From Myxococcales bacterium (GTDB lineage: Bacteria > Myxococcota_A > Polyangia > Nannocystales > Nannocystaceae), in the NCBI GenBank assembly GCA_020633295.1, contig JACKDW010000006.1, forward strand, positions 206,181-270,180: a stretch of DNA of 64,000 nucleotides. Direction: 5' to 3'. The position numbers were made by a program, and so were the translations under genes. Positions 19,958-33,350 of this stretch are shown in pieces; position 1 is the stretch's first letter, and every line of letters starts with the position of its first letter. The notes below the pieces were generated by a model, which was not told the DNA's origin, did no database searches, and saw only the letters and a program-made list of their open reading frames with translations.

Positions 19958-22900
19958 CTAGGGCGCGCGCCGACGCGCTCGCTCGTCGCCCGCGCGCGTC
20001 ACGAGCCCGAGGTCGAGGCGCGCGCGGTCGCGGGTCACGAGGAACGGGCGCTCGTCGAAGCGCAGCAGGCCCGCGCCGTCGTGGGTGATGATCTGCAGCT
20101 TGCCCATGCCGAAGCCGAGCACGCCGGTGGTGTAGTACTCGACCTCGACGTTGTAGGGGAACGCCGAGGGCTCGCCGTCGATGACGAAGGCCTCGAGGCC
20201 GTGCCCCTCCTGCACGTCGTCGTAGAGGCTGCCGCCGGAGGCGAGCGCGGGGTGGCGGTGCGAGGCGTAGTTGCCGTCGGCGTCGCGGACCGCGAGGTCT
20301 ACGTCGCTCGCGTCGGTCTCCCAGGTCAGCACGAAGCGCAGCGAGGGCTCCTGCGCCAGCGCGACGTTCTGCACGTCGAGCGCGCGCAGGATGTAGTCGC
20401 GCTCGTCAGGCTGCGCGCGCAGCCAGGCGGCGCCGACGAGCGCGAGGTCCTCGCGCATGATCCGGACCGCGCTCCGGTACTTGCGGCTCGCGCGGGCCCA
20501 CGCGATCCCGTCGACGAGCGTGTCGAAGGCGGCCGCGTGCTCGCCCGAACGCAGCTGCGCGATCGCCAGGAGCCGGTGCGTCGTGGGGTCCTCGGGGTCC
20601 TGCTCGAGCGCCCGCGCGTAGCTGTCGAGCACGAGCCACTCGTACGCGCGATCGAGTCGCTCGATGCGCTCGGCCGCGTAGCGCCGCATGTCCGGACGGC
20701 CAGGGAAGAGATCGATCAGCGAGCCGTAGGCGCGCGCGGCCGCGTCGAGGCGATCGCTCGCCTCGTAGGCCTCGCCGAGGGCGACCAGCGCGATCACGCT
20801 GTCGGGCTCGCGCTGGCGCCAGTCCTCGGCGAGGTTGCGCGCGATGGCCCGCGAGCGCAGCTCGCCGTCGCCGAGGTAGCGCATCACGACGAGCGTGTCG
20901 TCGTCGTAGGCGTCCGTCGGGCGGATCGAGGTGCGCACGCGCGGCGGCTCGGGCTTGTGCTTGGGGCTCGTCCGCGGCGCGCGGGCCTTGTCGCCGCGGG
21001 CCGGGCGCTTCGGCGCGCCGACGCGACCGACGAGCTCGCTGAGGTCGTCGGTGTCCGACACGCGCCCGCGCGTGACGTCGCCGCGCTCGCCCGCGACCTC
21101 CGCGACGCGCTGCGCTTCCTTCGCGGCGGCCGCGAGCGCCTCGACGCGCGCGGCCTCCTCCCACGGCTCGGGTCGCGTCTTGTACTCCGGCGTCAGCACG
21201 TGGCTGCGCGCCTTCCAGTACGGCGTCGGTCGGGCCGCGCTGGCGACCGCGGTCTCGAGCGAGCTCACGGCGCGCGCGCGCAGCTCGACGCCGGCGTCGC
21301 CGTACACGAGGACATCCTCCGGCGCGGCGCGATCGATGCCGAAGCGCTGGTAGTCCTCGGACGGCGCGAGCATGACCATCGCGGTGAACTCGTTGAGGAT
21401 CCGGTGCCGCTGCGACCACGACTCGACGCGCTGCATCCACTGCTCGCACAGGCCGGCGCGGTCGCGGACGCAGCGGTGGTACTCGTCGGTCAAGAACCGC
21501 GCGCGCGCGCCGGCCCACGCGCTCTCGAGCAGCGGGCGGCGGGCGTCGTGCAGCTGGAGCTTGTGCGGCCGCGGGTCGACGTGCTGCCCGCGGAGCACGA
21601 CGTCGATGTCACCGCGCTCGGGGACCTCGGCGTAGACGACCACGTCGTCGCCGGCCTGCAGCGGCTCGATGCGCTCGGGGTAGACCCAGCGGCTGCCGGG
21701 GATGACGACGCGCAGATCGTCGACGACCGTCCGCGCGATCCGCAGCGCGATGCGCTTGGCCGTGTCGTCGGAGCGGAGCACGAGGCCGTTCTCGGCCAGC
21801 GCGTCCGAGCGCGTGAGCGCGTGCGCGACGGTGTAGTCGCTGAGGTCGCCGCGCGTGACCACGTCGACGCGGCGGATGCCGGCGTCGCCGAGCGCCGCGA
21901 CCTCGGCGCGCAGCTCCTCGACGCTCGAGGGGCCGGCCGTGACGACGCCGTCGGAGACGATGAGCACGCGGTCGAAGCCGAGCTGCTTGCTGCGGCTGAC
22001 GTGGCGCAGCGCCCACGCGAGGTTCGAGGCGCCGAGCGGCGGGCGGCGATGCAGCTCGCGCAGCTGGTCGCGCCCGAAGCCGCTGATGCGCCCGTCGTAG
22101 AGCGTCTCGACCTGCTGATCGAAGGTGATGACGCGCAGGCGGATGTCCTCGGGCGTGCGCTGCTTGATCGCGCGCAGCACCTCGCCGAGGCGATCGACGT
22201 AGCGGCCGTACTCGTGCGCCTGCGAGGCGCTGGTGTCGACGAGCACCGCGAGACCCGAGAGCGCGGCGCTGTGATCGTGGGGCACCGGCGACTGCAGGCG
22301 CGCGACGACCATGCTCTCGTGGCGGATGCCGATCTTGCGATCGCCGGAGAACTCGAGGACCACGTCCTCGCGCGGGCGCACGTTCTTGGCCACGCGCTTG
22401 TAGACCTCGTCGCCGTCCTCGCGCCGCACCGTGCCGGCGCCCTCGGACGCGCGCAGGCCCTTGCCGCGGATGTGCAGCATCAAGCTGTCGAGCCGCGAGG
22501 TGATGCCCGAGAGCGGGAGGCGGTAGACCTGCCCGGTCCCGCGGAGCTCCTGCACGTACGAGACGACGACGCGCGTCGGGCGGTTGGCCGCGACCGGGAA
22601 CACGCGGGCCCGGAACTGCGCGGAGTCGTGGTCGCGCAGCACGGCCGGCTCGCGCGGGTCGCCGACGAGCTTGCGGAAGCCCGTCAGGCTGCGCGGCACG
22701 ACCTCGGCCTCTTTCCACCCGCCGTCGACGTAGGTCGCGAAGCGAGTCACGCGCGCGCCGTCGGGCAGCGAGACCGCGAGCCACGCGTCGAGCGGCCGCC
22801 CCTCGGGGTTGAGGAACTCCATCTCGAGCTCGGTGAACGCGAGCGGCTGATCGAGGTCCGCGCGCGCGACGAGGCGGTTGAGCGGCAGCTCGCTGCCGTC

Positions 22901-23149
22901 GACGGCCTCGAGGCGGATCGGCGAGACGGCGCGCCGGGCCTCGACCTGCTTGATCGTGACGTCGCTGGCCCGCGTCGCGTCGGCCTCGAGCGACTGCAGC
23001 TCGAGATCACGCTCGTCCGGGCTGCGCGAGTCGCCCGCGTTGTTGCTCGTACACGCGAGACCGAGCGCGAGCGCCACGAGCGTGGCGACCCCGCGCGCGC
23101 GCTTCAACGCGCGGGCGGGGAGGACTCGGCTCTGTGCTCGGCGACTCAT
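19958..23149 (-). CDS. Large lipoprotein with N-terminal VIT-like domain, von Willebrand factor type A domain, TPR-like helical region and conserved C-terminal domain of unknown function (possibly DUF2135/YfaP-like)
   Basis: Start at the internal Met of ORF 19958..23467 (MSRRAQSRVLPARALKRARGVATLVALALGLACTS lipobox). vWA motif LAVLVDTSASQ. 1064 aa. Confidence 0.7.
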   Translation of the reverse strand: MSRRAQSRVLPARALKRARGVATLVALALGLACTSNNAGDSRSPDERDLELQSLEADATRASDVTIKQVEARRAVSPIRLEAVDGSELPLNRLVARADLDQPLAFTELEMEFLNPEGRPLDAWLAVSLPDGARVTRFATYVDGGWKEAEVVPRSLTGFRKLVGDPREPAVLRDHDSAQFRARVFPVAANRPTRVVVSYVQELRGTGQVYRLPLSGITSRLDSLMLHIRGKGLRASEGAGTVRREDGDEVYKRVAKNVRPREDVVLEFSGDRKIGIRHESMVVARLQSPVPHDHSAALSGLAVLVDTSASQAHEYGRYVDRLGEVLRAIKQRTPEDIRLRVITFDQQVETLYDGRISGFGRDQLRELHRRPPLGASNLAWALRHVSRSKQLGFDRVLIVSDGVVTAGPSSVEELRAEVAALGDAGIRRVDVVTRGDLSDYTVAHALTRSDALAENGLVLRSDDTAKRIALRIARTVVDDLRVVIPGSRWVYPERIEPLQAGDDVVVYAEVPERGDIDVVLRGQHVDPRPHKLQLHDARRPLLESAWAGARARFLTDEYHRCVRDRAGLCEQWMQRVESWSQRHRILNEFTAMVMLAPSEDYQRFGIDRAAPEDVLVYGDAGVELRARAVSSLETAVASAARPTPYWKARSHVLTPEYKTRPEPWEEAARVEALAAAAKEAQRVAEVAGERGDVTRGRVSDTDDLSELVGRVGAPKRPARGDKARAPRTSPKHKPEPPRVRTSIRPTDAYDDDTLVVMRYLGDGELRSRAIARNLAEDWRQREPDSVIALVALGEAYEASDRLDAAARAYGSLIDLFPGRPDMRRYAAERIERLDRAYEWLVLDSYARALEQDPEDPTTHRLLAIAQLRSGEHAAAFDTLVDGIAWARASRKYRSAVRIMREDLALVGAAWLRAQPDERDYILRALDVQNVALAQEPSLRFVLTWETDASDVDLAVRDADGNYASHRHPALASGGSLYDDVQEGHGLEAFVIDGEPSAFPYNVEVEYYTTGVLGFGMGKLQIITHDGAGLLRFDERPFLVTRDRARLDLGLVTRAGDERARRRAP

Positions 23150-23520
23150 CGTTGCGCGCGTTCCCCCACTCGAGCCACCTCGCCCGCCCAGCTGATCCCC
23201 GACGACCCGACGAGACTCGAGCGTCATCTTGGACGATAACCGTCGCATACGCGATTCAGCGGCGCAACCGGCAATATGGGCGGCTTCGGGCGAAGCGCGA
23301 CGACCTCGATCGCGCCCACATGGCCACACAGTTCCGACGAGCCGGCCCGAGACGAGCGCGCGCGTGCCCGTCGCGGCGCGACGATCGCGAGCGCGGCGCC
23401 CGAGACGACGTTCGTGTGTCACGGCCGCGTGACGCCGCGCCGGCGCGCGCACATCACCCGACCTCACCGCGCGCGCACGTCCCCGTCGGCCGGTTCGAAC
23501 CTGTCCGAAGAGTCAAATTG

Positions 23521-25188
23521 CTACACTCGCCCGGTCCGGCCCGGCGCGCCGCGCGTGGGCAGCCGCACCACGATCCCGGCGCCGCCCAGCGGGCTGTCGT
23601 CGACCCAGATCTCGCCCCCGTGGTCGAGGATGATCTTCTTGGCGATCGCCAGGCCGAGGCCCGTGCCGGCGCGCCGGGTCGACTCGTAGGGCTCGAACAC
23701 CCGCTCGCGTCGTTCGGGCGCGATCCCGGGGCCGTTGTCGTCGACGCGGATGAGGACGCCCTCCCGGTCCTGGCCGAGCGCCGCGCTGACGCGCACGCGC
23801 ACCGACTCGCGCTCCGCCTCGCGCCCGGAGAGCACCGCGTTCTCGACGAAGTTGACCAGGCACTGCTTGAGCAGCTGGCGGTCGCCGGCGATCTCGATCG
23901 GCGCGGACGGGCGCACGACCTCGAGCGTGTCGCTCTCGCGCTCCGTCAGGTGGCCGTAGGCGCGCTCGAACTCGTCGAACACGCGCGCGATCGCGACGGG
24001 CTCGAGCCGGACCTCCGGGACCTTCGCGAAGCCCGAGAAGCTCGTGACCATGCGGCGCAGCGCCGCGACCTCGTCCTCGACGATCTCGACCGAGGTCGCC
24101 AGCATCCGCGAGAACCGCGGGTCGAGCCCGGGGTCCTTCTCGCGCAGCTGCTGGACCGCGAGCTGGATCGGCGTCAGCGGGTTCTTGATCTCGTGGGCGA
24201 TCCGGCGCGCCATCTCCTGCCACGCGCCGACGCGCTGCAGGTACGAGAGCTTCTTCTGGGCCGCGGCGAGCTCGTCGAGCATGCGGTTGAAGGCCCAGCC
24301 GAGCTGCCCGAGCTCGTCGTTGCCGAGCTCGGGCACGCGCGCGGTGAGCTCGCCGTCGGCGACGCGCTGCATGACGCGGCTCAGCGCCGAGGCCTTGCGC
24401 GTGGTCGCGCGCGCGAGCACGAAGCCGGCGATCAGCGCGATCAGCAGCACGAGCGCGCTGGCGACCCCGATCGCGCGGAACACCGCCGCCTCGAGGGACT
24501 CGCGCGTGACGACGTCGTCGCCGACCGACACGAGGTCCGCCTCGCGCTGCAGCCGGCCGAGCTCCTGATAGCGCCGGTCCATGGCCGGATCGAGCGCGAA
24601 CACGGCGCTCAGCTCGTGGCGCTCGAGCGCGTCCTCGGGCGGCGGCGCCGCGACCTCGAGCGCCTGCGAGGCGGGCGCGAGCTCAGCCGTGGCCCCGGTC
24701 GCGGGGACCCAGACCCAGGCGCCCGACTCCTCCGGGAACGCGCTCGCGCGCTCGACCGTGATCGCGTCGTCGCCGGCGCGCAGCGAGAGCTCTACGAGGT
24801 CGTCCTCGCGCTCGAGCAGCGACGCGAGCTGACGCCGGCGGCGGTCCTCGACCGCGCGCGCCGTGGCGCCCGCGCCCGCGCGCAGCTCCGCGATCTCGAG
24901 CTCGCGCGCCATCGCGGTGAGCCGCGCCTGGTAGGCCTGCTTCCGCGCCTGCACGTAGCCGTCGTAGAACGGCCCGGCGAGCCCGGCCGCGCGCTCGCTC
25001 GTGGCGATCGCGTCGTCGACGAGGCCGTCGAAGTACTCGACCGTGAGCGTCACCAGGTAGAACGACGCGCCGACGCAGAGCGTGCCCAGGACGACGAGCG
25101 CCGCGATCACGCGCGACTCCAGGCGCCCCCACCAGGGCCCCCGCGTCCACGCGCGTCTGGCTCTTCGTTCAGGCTTCTCGGCGCTCAT
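23521..25188 (-). CDS. Sensor histidine kinase (2 TM with periplasmic domain, HAMP, HisKA, HATPase_c), NtrY-like architecture
   Basis: Start at the internal Met (MSAEKPERR) overlapping the upstream gene stop (ATGA). H-box HEIKNPLTPI. G-box GTGLGLAIAKKII. Confidence 0.8.
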   Translation of the reverse strand: MSAEKPERRARRAWTRGPWWGRLESRVIAALVVLGTLCVGASFYLVTLTVEYFDGLVDDAIATSERAAGLAGPFYDGYVQARKQAYQARLTAMARELEIAELRAGAGATARAVEDRRRRQLASLLEREDDLVELSLRAGDDAITVERASAFPEESGAWVWVPATGATAELAPASQALEVAAPPPEDALERHELSAVFALDPAMDRRYQELGRLQREADLVSVGDDVVTRESLEAAVFRAIGVASALVLLIALIAGFVLARATTRKASALSRVMQRVADGELTARVPELGNDELGQLGWAFNRMLDELAAAQKKLSYLQRVGAWQEMARRIAHEIKNPLTPIQLAVQQLREKDPGLDPRFSRMLATSVEIVEDEVAALRRMVTSFSGFAKVPEVRLEPVAIARVFDEFERAYGHLTERESDTLEVVRPSAPIEIAGDRQLLKQCLVNFVENAVLSGREAERESVRVRVSAALGQDREGVLIRVDDNGPGIAPERRERVFEPYESTRRAGTGLGLAIAKKIILDHGGEIWVDDSPLGGAGIVVRLPTRGAPGRTGRV

Positions 25189-25844
25189 CGCGTCACCAGG
25201 TAGAAGGCCGGCGAGCTGCGCACGGCGAAGGTCTTCTCGGCGCGCGGCGCCGACTGCACGAACACGCCGATCCAGCGGGAGAAGGCCGAGAGGTCGCCGC
25301 CGCCGCGCGTCTGCCCGCCGCCGCCGTCGTCGGCCGCGACCCGCGACTCCGGGTCGATCGGGTTGCGCTGGCCGACGATCGTGACCGCGTAGGTCGCCGA
25401 CGGGCCGCGCTCGAGCGCGCTCGCCCGGGCCACGCGCATGCGCTCGAGCGTGATCGCGTGCGCGATCGCGGCGTCGCGCTTGCCGTAGTAGCGAATCGCC
25501 GCGCCGCGCCCCTGGTCGGTGGTCTGCACCACGTAGCGCTCGCGCCAGGGGTTCCACTGGATCTTCACGATCCGCACGCGCCGCGCGACCGGGGTCAGCG
25601 ACTTCGTGCGCACGACGGTCGCCTCGAGCCGCAGGGTGGTCGCGAAGCCAGACTCGATCGACTGCATCGCGCTCGCGTCGCGCGTCGGCAGCAGCTCGGG
25701 CAGCGCGACGCTGACGACGACCGCGTCGCCGAGCTCCTCGAACTTCATCCGCCGCAGCAGGAACAGCTCGCCGCCCCCGGCGCCGCCCGCCGCGACCCCG
25801 GCGAGCGTCAGGCCGGCGCCGGTGACGAACGCCCGGCGCCTCAC
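25185..25844 (-). CDS. Secreted/periplasmic accessory protein (resembles the DUF4390 family often encoded next to sensor kinases). Signal peptide with twin-Arg-like MRRRAFVTGAGLTLAG.
   Basis: 219 aa, N-terminal signal, translationally coupled to the kinase. Family assignment is from memory and low-confidence. Confidence 0.5.
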   Translation of the reverse strand: MRRRAFVTGAGLTLAGVAAGGAGGGELFLLRRMKFEELGDAVVVSVALPELLPTRDASAMQSIESGFATTLRLEATVVRTKSLTPVARRVRIVKIQWNPWRERYVVQTTDQGRGAAIRYYGKRDAAIAHAITLERMRVARASALERGPSATYAVTIVGQRNPIDPESRVAADDGGGGQTRGGGDLSAFSRWIGVFVQSAPRAEKTFAVRSSPAFYLVTR

Positions 25845-27499
25845 AGCGGCGTCCTCCGCAGGACGTTGCCGACCGAGAGATCGAGCGTGCCGATCACGGT
25901 GTCGAGCCGCAGGCCGAAGTTGGCGTTAAAGCCAGGCGGCGCGACCATCTCGCCGCGCGCGCGCCGGAACTCCCGCAGCTCCCGCGGCTCGACGAGCGTG
26001 TAGACCCCGGTCGAGAGGAACAGCTGCCCGCCCTTGATCCCGCGCACGCGGCTGCCCTGAAACAGCGGCCACACGTACTCGAGGTCGAAGCGCGTGAAGA
26101 GGTCGCCGAGCGTGCGCGTGTCGATGCCCGTGCCGAACACGTCGATCGCGGCGCGCGTCGTGTAGATGAAGCTGAGCTCGCGCCCGGGCGTCCAGTCGCT
26201 CAGGTCGCCGGTGAAGAACCGCTCGTAGCGCGGCGCGTCGCCGGCGATCTGCCCGGCGACCAGCGTCGGCGTGATCCAGTGCCCCCACGGCAGGCGGAAG
26301 GTGTATGCGCCGCCGGCGACGAGCTTGATGTACTCGTACTCGCTGCCGACGATCGGCGAGGAGAACTGCACGTCGAGCGCGAAGCGGCCGCCCTTGCCGA
26401 GCGTCGCCGCGAGGTCGCGCCCGTCCCAGACGAGGCGGAAGTGCGCCGCGGTCTGCCGGTGGATCCCGTCCTGCAGGTACAGGTCGACGCGCCGCGAGCC
26501 GCCGGCGGGATCGTAGTAGCGCGGGTCCTCGGGCAGCAGCGCGCTGACGCGCTCGAAGCGGTAGTCGACGCCGAGCGAGAGGTCCGCGATGAGCGGGAAG
26601 GTCACGCCGAGCAGCCCGCCGATGCGCGTGAAGTCGACGGTGCGGAACAGCGCCGGATCCGGATCGTCCTCCGCGCCCGCGACGCGGAACGGGTCGCTGG
26701 CCGAGAGGACATACAGCGCGCCGCCCATGCCGACGCGCGTGCCCGCGAGCCGCGGCGCCTCGATGAACACGCGGCCGCCCTGCTGGCGCCGCGAGCTCGC
26801 GATCTCGGGCGGGCGCGTGCCCCAGATGAAGCCGCCGCCGATGTGCACCGAGCGCCCGAGGAAGTTGTGCTCGCGCACCTGCAGCCCGCCGCGGAAGGGC
26901 GTCATGCGCGAGCTGCCGATGTACAGGTTCGTGACCGAGAGCGAGCCGCGCTCCTCGACGTCGACGATCAGCGCCGCGGCCGTCGCGTCGCCCGCGACCG
27001 GGCGGATCTTGAGGGTGACGCGCTCGAAGTTGCCGGTCGCCAGCAGCCGCTGGCGCGCGCGCTGGACTCGCGAGTCCTCGGGCCACAAGAGCGCCGCGTC
27101 GACGCTGAGCTCCTCGCCGGCGAGCGTCTCGAGGATGATCTGCTTGGGCACCTGCTCGTTGCCGAGCACCTCGATCCGCGCGATCCGCAGGCTGCGGCGC
27201 TCGCCGATGTCCGGGGGCGCGAGCTCGGCCGGATCGTCCTCGCGCCCCACCTCGCGCGCGTCGTCCTCCTCGCGCCCCTCCTCGCGCCCCTCCTCGCGCG
27301 GTCCCTCGCGCGGGCCCTCCTCGCGCGGTTCCTCATCGCGCGGTTCCTCATCGCGTGAGCCCTCCCGCGCGCCCGCGGGCTCCGCGGCCGCGACGTCGCG
27401 CGCGAGCGTCATCGCCAGCGCGCACGCGAGCCACCGCGCGCGCGTCGAGCCTCCCGGCGCGAGGCGGCGCGCGGACCTTCGCCACGGGCTGCGGGGCAT
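25841..27499 (-). CDS. Omp85-family outer membrane protein (POTRA + bacterial surface antigen beta-barrel; BamA/TamA-like) with N-terminal acidic repeat
   Basis: Signal peptide. Repeat DEEPRDEEPREEGPREGPREEGREEGREEDD. POTRA-like IARIEVLGNEQVPKQIILETL. C-terminal beta-barrel ends in aromatic-rich strands. Confidence 0.7.
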   Translation of the reverse strand: MPRSPWRRSARRLAPGGSTRARWLACALAMTLARDVAAAEPAGAREGSRDEEPRDEEPREEGPREGPREEGREEGREEDDAREVGREDDPAELAPPDIGERRSLRIARIEVLGNEQVPKQIILETLAGEELSVDAALLWPEDSRVQRARQRLLATGNFERVTLKIRPVAGDATAAALIVDVEERGSLSVTNLYIGSSRMTPFRGGLQVREHNFLGRSVHIGGGFIWGTRPPEIASSRRQQGGRVFIEAPRLAGTRVGMGGALYVLSASDPFRVAGAEDDPDPALFRTVDFTRIGGLLGVTFPLIADLSLGVDYRFERVSALLPEDPRYYDPAGGSRRVDLYLQDGIHRQTAAHFRLVWDGRDLAATLGKGGRFALDVQFSSPIVGSEYEYIKLVAGGAYTFRLPWGHWITPTLVAGQIAGDAPRYERFFTGDLSDWTPGRELSFIYTTRAAIDVFGTGIDTRTLGDLFTRFDLEYVWPLFQGSRVRGIKGGQLFLSTGVYTLVEPRELREFRRARGEMVAPPGFNANFGLRLDTVIGTLDLSVGNVLRRTPL

Positions 27500-27533
27500 C
27501 GTCGGCAGTGTACTGCACCGTCCTACCGCGCCG

Positions 27534-28352
<819 letters not shown>

Positions 28353-28578
28353 ACTCGAACCTCGAGGCGTACTGGCGTGCACGGCTACCATACTTCTCGA
28401 CGCGCCCGCACACACATCGCCCCACACTCGAGAATTTGCGCCCTACCCGCGCCTGAAGCGTTCATTTGCCCCGGGCAAGCGGCAAAGGGGTATTCTCGGG
28501 CGACCTCCCGGACCGGAAGCGACCTCCCCCAATCGCTCAGCAGAGGGCGCCGCGCGTGCGCCTACGCGACGTTGAGCT

Positions 28579-30828
<2,250 letters not shown>

Positions 30829-30908
30829 GCTCGCGGCCCGGACGCCGCGCTCGCGCGACGTCCAGGCTGTCGTGCAGCATGGAGCTCGGCAAGCCTCGGC
30901 CGAGCCGA

Positions 30909-33185
30909 CTAGATCGCGGGATCGACCCCGAGCTCGGTCAGCAGGTGATCGGCGCCGTCCACCGCGTCCATGACCCAGAGGACATATCGAATGTCGACGT
31001 GGATCGACCGCGTCACGGCCGGCATGAACACCCAGTCCGACGCGATCGACTCGTAGTTGCCGTCGAACACGAGCCCGCACAGCTCGCCGCGGCCGTTGAG
31101 CGTCGCCGAGCCCGAGTTCCCGCCCGTGATGTCGAGGTCGGCCAGGAAGTCCAGCGTCACCTCGCCGACGGACGGGTGCGCGTAGGGGCCCCAGCTCTTG
31201 CTCGCTACCGCGTCGAGCAGCCGCTTCGGCGCGTCGAAGGGCTCCGTCCCGGTGTGCTTCGCCGCCATCTCCGTGACCGTGGTGAACGGCTTGTGCGGCG
31301 CCCCGCCGCCCGGCGGCGTGTAGCCGCGCACCGTCCCGTAGGTCACGCGCAGCGTCCCGTTGGCGTCGGGCGCCAGGTCGCCGGGCGTGAACTCGCGCAG
31401 CGCCGCGATGTACTTCGGGCGCAGCGTCGCCATCGCGCCGGCGAACTTCTTCGCCGTCTCGGTGCGGGCGTCGACCTGCGGCTTGAGCTTCACGGCGAGC
31501 TGGACGAAGGGGTCGCGGCTCTTCTTGAGCGACGCCTCGCTCGCGCTCTTCAGCAGCTTCACGCGCGCGTCCGCGTCGCCCAGCTTCGTCTTCTTGTACA
31601 GCTTGTCGAGCGCCTGCTCGATCGCGGCGTCGTCCGTCGCGTCGCCGACGATCGCGGTCAGCAGCGCCGGGCGCTGCTCCTTCGGCAGCCGGGCCGCGCG
31701 CGCGAGGTACATCTTGAACACGGCGCGATCGAGGCGCGGATCGTAGGTCTTCTGCATCGCGCGCAGCGAGACCTCCTCGTCCTTCACGTCCTTGTCCTGG
31801 TAGCCCGCGCGCCGATCGGCGTCGGGCTTCTTGCGCTCCTCGGCCCAGGTCGTCAGGTCGAGCGCGACGCCGAGCAGCGACGAGCCGCGCAGGATCCCCT
31901 CGGCGGCCGCGTCGGCGTCGCGCGTCGCGGCGCGCTCGGCGTTGAGCGCCGCGATCTTGTCGAGCACGTCGCCGTACTTCGCCTTGCGCTGCGGGTCCTG
32001 CTCGATCCAGGCCCGCAGGTCCGCCTCGAGCTTCTGCTTCTCGGCCGCGAGCCCGCCCTTGAGGCCGTCGCGCATGCCCTTGTAGTTGATGAGGTAGTTG
32101 CCCAGCCCGCGCATGCGACCCGAGGCCTTGATCGCCAGCTCCTCGTCGTCCTTGGTCAGCGACTCGAGCAGCCCGAGGTACTCCTCATAAAACTCGATCC
32201 GGTGGTCGTAGTACCACTCCGCGGCCTCCTGGACCTCGCCCGCGGTCTTGAGGCGGTTGGTCCGCCCGGGGTAGCCCGCGACCATCACGAAGTCGCCCTC
32301 CTCCACGCGCTCCTGCGCGACCTTGAGGTGGTACGCGGGCTTGTAGGGGACGTTGTCTGCGGCGTAGTCCGCGGGCTTGCCGTCCTTGCCGACGTACGCG
32401 CGCAGGAACGCCCAGTCGCCGGTGTGCCGGGGCCAGCGCCAGTTGTCGACGTCGCCCCCGAACACGCCGATGCCGGCGTCCGGCGCGTACACGAGCCGGA
32501 TGTCGCGCAGCTGGATCTGCTCGATCTGGAAGAACTTCGCGCCCTCGAAGAAGCTGGCGACGTAGCAGCGCATGTCCTCGCGGCCCTGCTCGCACGCGTT
32601 CGTGAGCTGCTTGCGGCGCTCGGCGATCTGCTCGTAGCGCGCCTCGTCGTCGGCGATCTTGTCGGTCCCCTCGAGCACCTTCTCGGTCACGTCGGTGTAG
32701 CGCGTGGTCACGTACACGCGCGCCCGCGGCCCGCCTGACTTCTCGTCGGCGCGGGTCTTGGCGAGGAAGCCGTTCTTCAGCAGGTTGTCGTCGGGCGACG
32801 AGTTGAGCTGCAGGTAGCTGCCGACGCAGTGATGGTTGGTGACGATCAGCCCCTCGGGCGAGACGAAGGAGGCGGAGCAGCCGCCCAGGCTGACGACCGC
32901 GCCCAGCGGGAAGGCGGTCGGGTCGGCGAGCGCGGCCGGGTCAAACTCGACGCCGATGCCCTTGAGCGTGTCGGCGTGCGCCGCCATCTGCCCCGGCATC
33001 CACATACCGCCGGGGTTCTCGAAGCGGGGCTGCTCCTCGGTCGCGGCCCCGCCCTCGGGCGGCGTATTGGGTCCGGTCGCGTCGGCGTTCGAACTCGCGC
33101 ACGAGGCCAACGCGAGCGCGAGCGCGAGCGCGGTGCAGGGTGCGGTGAGACTCGTGACGGCGCGGAGACCAGGGCGTTGCATCAC
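30909..33185 (-). CDS. S46-family serine peptidase (dipeptidyl-peptidase 7/11 type)
   Basis: Signal/lipobox. Catalytic His motif VTNHHCVGS and Ser motif GGNSGSATLN. 758 aa, typical size. Confidence 0.85.
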   Translation of the reverse strand: MMQRPGLRAVTSLTAPCTALALALALASCASSNADATGPNTPPEGGAATEEQPRFENPGGMWMPGQMAAHADTLKGIGVEFDPAALADPTAFPLGAVVSLGGCSASFVSPEGLIVTNHHCVGSYLQLNSSPDDNLLKNGFLAKTRADEKSGGPRARVYVTTRYTDVTEKVLEGTDKIADDEARYEQIAERRKQLTNACEQGREDMRCYVASFFEGAKFFQIEQIQLRDIRLVYAPDAGIGVFGGDVDNWRWPRHTGDWAFLRAYVGKDGKPADYAADNVPYKPAYHLKVAQERVEEGDFVMVAGYPGRTNRLKTAGEVQEAAEWYYDHRIEFYEEYLGLLESLTKDDEELAIKASGRMRGLGNYLINYKGMRDGLKGGLAAEKQKLEADLRAWIEQDPQRKAKYGDVLDKIAALNAERAATRDADAAAEGILRGSSLLGVALDLTTWAEERKKPDADRRAGYQDKDVKDEEVSLRAMQKTYDPRLDRAVFKMYLARAARLPKEQRPALLTAIVGDATDDAAIEQALDKLYKKTKLGDADARVKLLKSASEASLKKSRDPFVQLAVKLKPQVDARTETAKKFAGAMATLRPKYIAALREFTPGDLAPDANGTLRVTYGTVRGYTPPGGGAPHKPFTTVTEMAAKHTGTEPFDAPKRLLDAVASKSWGPYAHPSVGEVTLDFLADLDITGGNSGSATLNGRGELCGLVFDGNYESIASDWVFMPAVTRSIHVDIRYVLWVMDAVDGADHLLTELGVDPAI

Positions 33186-33350
33186 CGATCGAGTATCAGA
33201 TCCGCCCCGAGCGCGGCCGCGGAAACGCGGGAACAGCGGCCCGCCGGGAGGGGCAAATTCTCACACGAAGGCGACACAATCTGCGAAACCGGCGCGCGGG
33301 CCTGCGCGCCTGCCCCGTCCGGACAATTCGAGCTACCCTCACGCTTCGCC

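Noticed and set aside
19955-23239. 1094-aa ORF antisense to the VIT-vWA lipoprotein
   Set aside because: Composition artefact of a 70% GC genome. The minus-strand protein has a vWA motif, lipoprotein signal and conserved C-terminus.
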